Shown one piece after another: positions 63,901 through 64,000 of a stretch of 64,000 bases of DNA; position 1 is the stretch's first letter; every line of letters begins with the position of its first letter. The notes under the pieces were generated by a model. The model ran no database searches, had not been told where the DNA came from, and saw only the letters and a program-made list of their open reading frames with translations. The position numbers and the translations under genes are program-made. The stretch comes from Podarcis gaigeae (taxonomy: Eukaryota), in the NCBI GenBank assembly GCA_964106915.2, contig OZ066914.1; one strand, 5' to 3'.

Positions 63901-64000
63901 AAATTATTATTTATAGATGTGCCTGGACCATGTGAACCACCGATAATTAGTAACATAACAAAAGATTTCATGTCAGTAAGCTGGAAAGCACCTGCTGATG
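467..64000 (+). CDS. TTN: Titin (TTN), partial multi-exon gene: end of PEVK, distal I-band Ig tandem, I/A junction, D-zone and start of C-zone; 93 exons in window
   Basis: Spliced translation gives titin signatures ([29 protein letters not shown]91-like [12 protein letters not shown], Ig-Fn-Fn-Ig-Fn-Fn-Fn repeats); all exon phases join without frameshift; gene extends beyond both window ends. Confidence 0.99.
764..884. mobile_element. Degenerate hairpin hAT-type MITE
   Basis: Imperfect TIRs CAGTGTTCTTCAA / TTGAATGGACACTG; internal CTACAACTCCC...GGGAGATGTAG stem shared with the 50473-50608 element; no TSD seen. Confidence 0.55.
1056..1095. repeat. (CATT)n microsatellite
   Basis: 10 tandem CATT units. 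Confidence 0.95.
1145..1374. other. Assembly gap (N run)
   Basis: N characters. Confidence 1.
1408..1461 (+). CDS. TTN: e2, last small PEVK exon (54 nt)
   Basis: cag|[18 protein letters not shown]|gtaaga; missed by ORF track. Confidence 0.9.
1733..1973. mobile_element. Tc1/mariner (pogo/Tigger-like) MITE
   Basis: TIR CAGTCAAACCTC...GAGGTTTGACTG followed by TA; left flank is TG (probably mutated TA). Confidence 0.75.
2561..2956 (+). CDS. TTN: e3, PEVK end + Ig I84 (396 nt)
   Basis: tag|[14 protein letters not shown]...TAKLIVE|gtattt. Confidence 0.9.
3478..3800. mobile_element. hAT-type MITE interrupted by a SINE
   Basis: TIR CAATGGTTCCCA / TGGGAACCACTG; 8-bp TSD GTTTATGG / GTTTGTGG (7 of 8). 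Confidence 0.7.
3627..3760 (+). mobile_element. tRNA-headed SINE with CR1-type 3' tail
   Basis: GAGACTCTTAATCTCAGGGTTGTGGGTTTGAGTCCC tRNA-like head; tail ..TTGGATTAGAAGACC..CCCTTCCA..ATTCTATGATTCT. Confidence 0.7.
3851..4126 (+). CDS. TTN: e4, Ig I85
   Basis: [13 protein letters not shown]...VKVV; AG/GT, 276 nt. Confidence 0.95.
4691..4728. repeat. (AT)n microsatellite
   Basis: 19 AT units. Confidence 0.95.
5056..5331 (+). CDS. TTN: e5, Ig I86
   Basis: [10 protein letters not shown]...AKLTLG; AG/GT, 276 nt. Confidence 0.95.
5499..5638 (+). CDS. TTN: e6, Ig I87 N-half
   Basis: [13 protein letters not shown]...LRPSP; 140 nt, phase 1-0. Confidence 0.93.
6147..6273 (+). CDS. TTN: e7, Ig I87 C-half
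   Basis: [11 protein letters not shown]...LTVK; 127 nt. Confidence 0.95.
6369..6632 (+). CDS. TTN: e8, Ig I88 (ends at GC donor)
   Basis: [12 protein letters not shown]...KLFVE|gcaagt; 264 nt. Confidence 0.92.
6733..6999 (+). CDS. TTN: e9, Ig I89
   Basis: [12 protein letters not shown]...LKVL; 267 nt. Confidence 0.95.
7172..7435 (+). CDS. TTN: e10, Ig I90
   Basis: [12 protein letters not shown]...VKIE; 264 nt. Confidence 0.95.
7533..7672 (+). CDS. TTN: e11, Ig I91 (I27) N-half
   Basis: [45 protein letters not shown]; 140 nt. Confidence 0.96.
7833..7959 (+). CDS. TTN: e12, Ig I91 (I27) C-half
   Basis: [42 protein letters not shown]; 127 nt. Confidence 0.96.
8103..8369 (+). CDS. TTN: e13, Ig I92
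   Basis: [12 protein letters not shown]...KLIIE; 267 nt. Confidence 0.95.
8473..8739 (+). CDS. TTN: e14, Ig I93
   Basis: [12 protein letters not shown]...KLTVL; 267 nt. Confidence 0.95.
9143..9780 (+). mobile_element. Old L2-clade LINE 3' fragment with a decayed SINE inside (about 9290-9470)
   Basis: Translates to [21 protein letters not shown] (L2 ORF2 C-terminal motif); tail TGTAAGCCGCC..GGCGGGGTATAAAT near 9715-9760. Confidence 0.55.
10063..10329 (+). CDS. TTN: e15, Ig I94 (ends at GC donor)
   Basis: [12 protein letters not shown]...KLNIE|gcaagt; 267 nt. Confidence 0.92.
10525..10664 (+). CDS. TTN: e16, Ig I95 N-half
   Basis: [14 protein letters not shown]...LTQTP; 140 nt. Confidence 0.93.
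11454..11679. mobile_element. Tigger/pogo-like MITE
   Basis: Perfect 18-bp TIR CAGTGGTACCTCGGGTTA / TAACCCGAGGTACCACTG; TA on both sides. Confidence 0.9.
11913..12039 (+). CDS. TTN: e17, Ig I95 C-half
   Basis: aag|[18 protein letters not shown]...LRVK|gtaagt; 127 nt. Confidence 0.93.
12132..12643 (+). mobile_element. 5'-truncated L1-like LINE 3' end with poly(A) signal and 11-bp TSD
   Basis: TSD AGAATGGGGCA at 12121-12131 and 12644-12654; residual ORF2-like end ..[11 protein letters not shown]..; AATAAA 12616; A-rich tail. Confidence 0.8.
12950..13403 (+). promoter_or_regulatory. Putative internal (Cronos-type) titin promoter and 5' extension with in-frame ATG at 13382
   Basis: AGATAA 13008 overlapping TAACACC 13011; CAGTTG 13071; CACTTG 13082; CArG CCTATTTTGG 13112-13121; TTATCT 13134; TTTAAATAG 13294; ATG 13382 (A at -3) in frame with e18. 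Confidence 0.65.
13404..13546 (+). CDS. TTN: e18, Ig I96 N-half
   Basis: aag|[12 protein letters not shown]...EPSDK|gtatag; 143 nt. Confidence 0.93.
13641..13730. repeat. About 90-bp palindromic interspersed element (related copies near 235-314, 36672-36770, 42533-42625)
   Basis: CAGTGCAATCCTAT...ATAGGATTGCACTG with inner GAAGTAAGCC..GGCTTGCTTC stem. Confidence 0.75.
13970..14320. promoter_or_regulatory. Putative muscle enhancer (MEF2 + M-CAT + GATA)
   Basis: Perfect MEF2 consensus CTATTTTTAA 14051-14060; GGAATG (M-CAT/TEAD) 14104-14109; AGATAA 14006-14011; MEF2-like CTAAAATAA 14302. Confidence 0.45.
15026..15149 (+). CDS. TTN: e19, Ig I96 C-half
   Basis: aag|[10 protein letters not shown]...NLFVK; 124 nt. 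Confidence 0.93.
15406..15672 (+). CDS. TTN: e20, Ig I97
   Basis: [12 protein letters not shown]...LNVE; 267 nt, phase 1-1. Confidence 0.95.
15965..16062 (+). CDS. TTN: e21, Ig I98 N-part
   Basis: [12 protein letters not shown]...RPNVQ; 98 nt. Confidence 0.92.
17193..17361 (+). CDS. TTN: e22, Ig I98 C-part
   Basis: [15 protein letters not shown]...LTVI; 169 nt (98+169=267). Confidence 0.92.
17462..17728 (+). CDS. TTN: e23, Ig I99
   Basis: [11 protein letters not shown]...LKVH; 267 nt. Confidence 0.95.
17777..18508. mobile_element. Non-autonomous hAT transposon
   Basis: TIR TAGGGCTGGGCG / CACCCAGCCCTA; perfect 8-bp TSD GTGACATG (17769-17776, 18509-18516); contains (TG)n and (CCTT)n. Confidence 0.88.
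17916..18133. mobile_element. Tigger/pogo-like MITE nested in the hAT element
   Basis: TA-CAGCCATACCTTGG...CCAAGGTACGACTA-TA; same family as 29176-29398. Confidence 0.8.
18729..18995 (+). CDS. TTN: e24, Ig I100
   Basis: [11 protein letters not shown]...LTVI; 267 nt; missed on + by ORF track. Confidence 0.93.
19099..19377 (+). CDS. TTN: e25, Ig I101
   Basis: [11 protein letters not shown]...LTVL; 279 nt. Confidence 0.95.
19908..20316 (+). CDS. TTN: e26, Ig I102 + I103 N-part
   Basis: [12 protein letters not shown]...EIKEGK; 409 nt, phase 1-2. Confidence 0.94.
20421..20545 (+). CDS. TTN: e27, Ig I103 C-part
   Basis: KYQFEKDG...RLFVE; 125 nt. Confidence 0.93.
20647..20913 (+). CDS. TTN: e28, Ig I104
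   Basis: [12 protein letters not shown]...KLELA; 267 nt. Confidence 0.95.
21360..21629 (+). CDS. TTN: e29, Ig I105
   Basis: [10 protein letters not shown]...NVQVI; 270 nt. Confidence 0.95.
21817..22119 (+). CDS. TTN: e30, first FN3 (I106)
   Basis: [11 protein letters not shown]...AKSRF; 303 nt. Confidence 0.95.
22215..22517 (+). CDS. TTN: e31, FN3 I107
   Basis: [11 protein letters not shown]...MDPI; 303 nt. Confidence 0.95.
22872..23122. mobile_element. hAT-Charlie-type MITE
   Basis: TIR CATGGGTAGGCAAAC / GTTTGCTGACCCCTG; TSD CACTAATG / CGCTAATG (7 of 8). Confidence 0.85.
23340..23527 (+). CDS. TTN: e32, FN3 I108 N-part
   Basis: EKPSPPINL...LNYK; 188 nt. Confidence 0.94.
23621..23735 (+). 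CDS. TTN: e33, FN3 I108 C-part
   Basis: [18 protein letters not shown]...DDPH; 115 nt. Confidence 0.93.
24401..24685 (+). CDS. TTN: e34, Ig I109
   Basis: [12 protein letters not shown]...NVNVI; 285 nt. Confidence 0.95.
25287..25438 (+). CDS. TTN: e35, FN3 I110 N-part
   Basis: ARPSAPREL...KTWVK; 152 nt. Confidence 0.93.
25572..25719 (+). CDS. TTN: e36, FN3 I110 C-part
   Basis: [10 protein letters not shown]...MSAPA; 148 nt. Confidence 0.93.
25986..26341 (-). mobile_element. Sauria SINE, near full length
   Basis: Reverse strand begins GGGACGCGGGTGGCGCTGTGGGTTAAACC (tRNA-derived head); TSD CTTAGTATTA at 25976-25985 and 26345-26354; family identity from recall. Confidence 0.88.
26556..26733 (+). 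CDS. TTN: e37, FN3 I111 N-part
   Basis: [10 protein letters not shown]...VIET; 178 nt. Confidence 0.93.
26826..26947 (+). CDS. TTN: e38, FN3 I111 C-part
   Basis: [16 protein letters not shown]...VDAM; 122 nt. Confidence 0.93.
27081..27368 (+). CDS. TTN: e39, Ig I112
   Basis: [14 protein letters not shown]...EVNVL; 288 nt. Confidence 0.95.
27460..27756 (+). CDS. TTN: e40, FN3 I113
   Basis: [10 protein letters not shown]...AKYPF; 297 nt. Confidence 0.95.
28050..28461 (+). mobile_element. L2-clade LINE 3' end
   Basis: Encodes [26 protein letters not shown]; ends CCAGATGGGCGGGGTATAAATAATAAATTATTATTATT. Confidence 0.85.
28563..28749 (+). CDS. TTN: e41, FN3 I114 N-part
   Basis: DPPGPPTRV...DTTF; 187 nt. 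Confidence 0.94.
29176..29398. mobile_element. Tigger/pogo-like MITE (left TIR eroded)
   Basis: Colinear with 17916-18133; right end CCAAGGTACAACTG-TA. Confidence 0.75.
29764..29879 (+). CDS. TTN: e42, FN3 I114 C-part
   Basis: [14 protein letters not shown]...KDPI; 116 nt. Confidence 0.93.
29970..30269 (+). CDS. TTN: e43, FN3 I115
   Basis: DPPWPPGKP...CKERL; 300 nt. Confidence 0.95.
30308..30559 (+). mobile_element. tRNA-derived SINE (Squam3-like)
   Basis: A box TGGTATAGTGGTTAAG, B box GGTTCGTGTC, (CTT)n tail; family name from recall. Confidence 0.82.
30694..31060 (-). mobile_element. L2-clade LINE 3' end, antisense, with (AAT)n tail
   Basis: Reverse complement of the 28160-28461 part of the + copy. 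Confidence 0.85.
31236..31535 (+). CDS. TTN: e44, FN3 I116
   Basis: [10 protein letters not shown]...AKDTF; 300 nt. Confidence 0.94.
31633..31738 (+). CDS. TTN: e45, FN3 I117 N-part
   Basis: TPGAPYAL...GRPIL; 106 nt. Confidence 0.93.
31804..31965. other. Assembly gap (N run)
   Basis: N characters. Confidence 1.
31966..32472 (+). mobile_element. LINE (L2-like) 3' UTR and tail next to the gap
   Basis: Ends GTTAGCCACCCTGAG..GGGGTATAAATAAAAAATTATT(GTT)n, same tail type as the other L2 copies. Confidence 0.55.
32521..32717 (+). CDS. TTN: e46, FN3 I117 C-part
   Basis: [13 protein letters not shown]...EDPT; 197 nt. Confidence 0.94.
32810..33115 (+). CDS. TTN: e47, FN3 I118
   Basis: [10 protein letters not shown]...KDPD; 306 nt. 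Confidence 0.95.
33230..33508 (+). CDS. TTN: e48, Ig A1 (start of D-zone)
   Basis: CNPTVDIKT...NVKVI; 279 nt. Confidence 0.93.
33589..34117. mobile_element. Solo LTR (Gypsy-like), 529 bp
   Basis: Starts TGTCAGG, ends CCTGACA; perfect 5-bp TSD CTTAG (33584-33588, 34118-34122). Confidence 0.82.
34331..34630 (+). CDS. TTN: e49, FN3 A2
   Basis: GVPGPCNSI...EDPK; 300 nt. Confidence 0.95.
34727..35029 (+). CDS. TTN: e50, FN3 A3
   Basis: RPDPPIDLE...VDPV; 303 nt. Confidence 0.95.
35131..35505 (+). CDS. TTN: e51, Ig A4 with long charged loop insertion
   Basis: EAPKVFLG...EVNVL; 375 nt. Confidence 0.95.
35603..35905 (+). CDS. TTN: e52, FN3 A5
   Basis: DTPGPPVNF...QDPF; 303 nt. Confidence 0.95.
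36885..37184 (+). CDS. TTN: e53, FN3 A6
   Basis: PPDAPDKP...QDPI; 300 nt. Confidence 0.95.
37285..37581 (+). CDS. TTN: e54, FN3 A7
   Basis: PPGPPVPRI...AEPQ; 297 nt. Confidence 0.95.
37676..37960 (+). CDS. TTN: e55, Ig A8
   Basis: EPPTVEFD...AEIF; 285 nt. Confidence 0.95.
38044..38337 (+). CDS. TTN: e56, FN3 A9
   Basis: DVPGPVTDL...VDPK; 294 nt. Confidence 0.95.
39041..39340 (+). CDS. TTN: e57, FN3 A10
   Basis: GPPTAPERF...QDDE; 300 nt. Confidence 0.95.
39469..39777 (+). CDS. TTN: e58, Ig A11
   Basis: EPPTVTLRL...VEVF; 309 nt. Confidence 0.95.
39863..40053 (+). CDS. TTN: e59, FN3 A12 N-part
   Basis: DRPSPPRNL...DRRFG; 191 nt. Confidence 0.93.
40424..40822 (-). mobile_element. Old CR1 LINE 3' fragment
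   Basis: ATCATAGGATCAAACAGTTGGATGGGTCC resembles the reversed CR1 tail; decayed CR1-like sequence follows. Confidence 0.5.
40933..41362 (+). CDS. TTN: e60, FN3 A12 C-part + A13
   Basis: [10 protein letters not shown]...ADPI; 430 nt. Confidence 0.95.
41681..41989 (+). CDS. TTN: e61, FN3 A14
   Basis: PPGAPSCP...KEVQ; 309 nt. Confidence 0.95.
42700..42848 (+). CDS. TTN: e62, Ig A15 N-part
   Basis: [10 protein letters not shown]...KKAVK; 149 nt. Confidence 0.94.
42897..42926. repeat. (TG)15 microsatellite upstream of the microexon acceptor
   Basis: Direct read. Confidence 0.95.
42954..42983 (+). CDS. TTN: e63, 30-nt microexon inside Ig A15 ([10 protein letters not shown])
   Basis: tttaaag|GATGGACATAACATACCTGAAGATGCTACG|gtaaaa, phase 0-0; resembles recalled human segment DGVHDIPEDAQ. 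Confidence 0.88.
43092..43221 (+). CDS. TTN: e64, Ig A15 C-part
   Basis: [10 protein letters not shown]...VNVL; 130 nt. Confidence 0.93.
43336..43635 (+). CDS. TTN: e65, FN3 A16
   Basis: DVPGPPKDL...RDPI; 300 nt. Confidence 0.95.
44041..44358 (+). CDS. TTN: e66, FN3 A17
   Basis: PPDPPIKLK...KDQT; 318 nt. Confidence 0.94.
44940..45236 (+). CDS. TTN: e67, Ig A18
   Basis: PPSIELKEF...LNVL; 297 nt. Confidence 0.95.
45478..45777 (+). CDS. TTN: e68, FN3 A19
   Basis: GRPGPPEGP...RNLF; 300 nt. Confidence 0.95.
46479..46793 (+). CDS. TTN: e69, FN3 A20
   Basis: VPGICDKP...RDPI; 315 nt. Confidence 0.95.
46933..47081 (+). CDS. TTN: e70, FN3 A21 N-part
   Basis: PPGPPFPKV...EEWEK; 149 nt. Confidence 0.93.
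47537..47687 (+). CDS. TTN: e71, FN3 A21 C-part
   Basis: [10 protein letters not shown]...KDRI; 151 nt. Confidence 0.94.
47778..48059 (+). CDS. TTN: e72, Ig A22
   Basis: VAPDLMLDA...VDVL; 282 nt. Confidence 0.95.
48674..48976 (+). CDS. TTN: e73, FN3 A23
   Basis: DVPGPVGIP...RDPI; 303 nt. Confidence 0.95.
49069..49371 (+). CDS. TTN: e74, FN3 A24
   Basis: VPERPEDL...KDEI; 303 nt. Confidence 0.95.
49477..49758 (+). CDS. TTN: e75, Ig A25
   Basis: APPQLELD...VTVV; 282 nt. Confidence 0.95.
50473..50608. mobile_element. 136-bp hairpin hAT MITE
   Basis: Perfect 15-bp TIR CAGGCTTCCTCAAAC; perfect 8-bp TSD CTCTAGCA. Confidence 0.9.
50681..51061 (-). mobile_element. Sauria SINE, second subfamily
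   Basis: (AAAGGT)n tail on + strand; colinear with 25986-26341. Confidence 0.85.
51486..51785 (+). CDS. TTN: e76, FN3 A26
   Basis: DRPQPPVGP...KDRF; 300 nt. Confidence 0.95.
51908..52210 (+). CDS. TTN: e77, FN3 A27
   Basis: VPAAPEQP...KDPI; 303 nt. Confidence 0.95.
52331..52639 (+). CDS. TTN: e78, FN3 A28
   Basis: VKPSPPINP...KDRL; 309 nt. Confidence 0.95.
52723..53004 (+). CDS. TTN: e79, Ig A29
   Basis: EAPDLILDA...KVLVL; 282 nt. Confidence 0.95.
53586..53826. mobile_element. Tigger/pogo-like MITE
   Basis: 23-bp TIR CAGTGGTACCTCGGTTTAAGAAC (1 mismatch); TA on both sides. Confidence 0.9.
53897..54196 (+). CDS. TTN: e80, FN3 A30
   Basis: DKPGPPRNL...IDPL; 300 nt. Confidence 0.95.
54353..54646 (+). 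CDS. TTN: e81, FN3 A31
   Basis: PPGPPKNLH...QEKI; 294 nt. Confidence 0.95.
54764..57724 (+). CDS. TTN: e82, large 2961-nt exon, ten domains A32-A41
   Basis: [10 protein letters not shown]...AKDPI|gtactg; Ig-Fn-Fn-Fn-Ig-Fn-Fn-Ig-Fn-Fn; ORF track reads on into the intron. Confidence 0.96.
57829..58149 (+). CDS. TTN: e83, FN3 A42 (end of D-zone)
   Basis: EPPGPPINL...KEIL; 321 nt. Confidence 0.95.
58232..58516 (+). CDS. TTN: e84, Ig A43 (start of C-zone)
   Basis: [13 protein letters not shown]...VRVL; 285 nt. Confidence 0.95.
58673..58972 (+). CDS. TTN: e85, FN3 A44
   Basis: DTPGPVAEL...TDPL; 300 nt. Confidence 0.95.
59068..59230 (-). mobile_element. L2-clade LINE 3' tail fragment
   Basis: TTTATACCCTGCCCATCTGGCTGGG..CCACTCTGGGCAGCTTCC matches the reversed tail of the 28050-28461 copy. 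Confidence 0.75.
59633..59896. mobile_element. Tc1/mariner Tc2-type MITE
   Basis: Perfect 23-bp TIR CCGTATTGGCCTGAATATAAGCC; TA on both sides. Confidence 0.9.
60068..60370 (+). CDS. TTN: e86, FN3 A45
   Basis: EPDPPRKLE...KEQL; 303 nt. Confidence 0.95.
61339..61614 (+). CDS. TTN: e87, Ig A46
   Basis: PPKILMPD...KVVVM; 276 nt. Confidence 0.95.
61718..62017 (+). CDS. TTN: e88, FN3 A47
   Basis: DVPGPPQPP...RFPF; 300 nt. Confidence 0.95.
62108..62410 (+). CDS. TTN: e89, FN3 A48
   Basis: DVPSEPKNA...RTPV; 303 nt. Confidence 0.95.
62734..63033 (+). CDS. TTN: e90, FN3 A49
   Basis: DPPGKPEV...QSEN; 300 nt. Confidence 0.95.
63149..63436 (+). CDS. TTN: e91, Ig A50
   Basis: VPPKIELG...LKVL; 288 nt. 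Confidence 0.95.
63530..63826 (+). CDS. TTN: e92, FN3 A51
   Basis: DKPGPPASV...KNPY; 297 nt. Confidence 0.95.
63917..64000 (+). CDS. TTN: e93, FN3 A52 (truncated by window end)
   Basis: tag|[28 protein letters not shown]... Confidence 0.92.

Noticed and set aside
1-64000. Prokaryotic systems (CRISPR arrays, operons, defence islands)
   Set aside because: The sequence is an intron-rich vertebrate gene; no repeat-spacer arrays or bacterial-type genes seen.

Overview
Eukaryotic (vertebrate) genomic DNA: an internal 64-kb segment of the titin gene (TTN) on the + strand. The repeat content (Sauria SINEs, a Squam3-like SINE, L2/CR1 fragments, hAT and Tc1/mariner MITEs) points to a squamate, probably a lacertid lizard (inference). 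I traced 93 coding exons by hand with consistent splice phases. They cover the last PEVK exons, the distal I-band Ig tandem (I84-I105 in human-equivalent numbering, including I91/'I27'), the I/A junction, all six 7-domain D-zone super-repeats (A1-A42) and the start of the C-zone (A43-A52, cut off at the window end). Exon labels e1-e93 are local to this window, and domain numbers come from counting against recalled human titin. The best second-look signal is a compact muscle-type internal promoter (CArG, GATA, T-box-like, E-box/NKX-like and TATA/MEF2-like motifs) in the intron before e18. It has an in-frame ATG giving [14 protein letters not shown]..., at the position expected for the 'Cronos' internal titin isoform, with a MEF2/M-CAT cluster in the next intron and a sense L1 poly(A) insertion just upstream. 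Other oddities: two GC-AG introns with identical donor context, a 30-nt microexon behind a (TG)15 tract, an RBFOX-motif cluster around a symmetric Ig exon, inverted L2 copies bracketing a frame-preserving 603-nt exon block (circRNA candidate), a solo LTR with an acidic/Pro-rich open frame, nested DNA transposons and A-tract splice acceptors. There are two assembly gaps.
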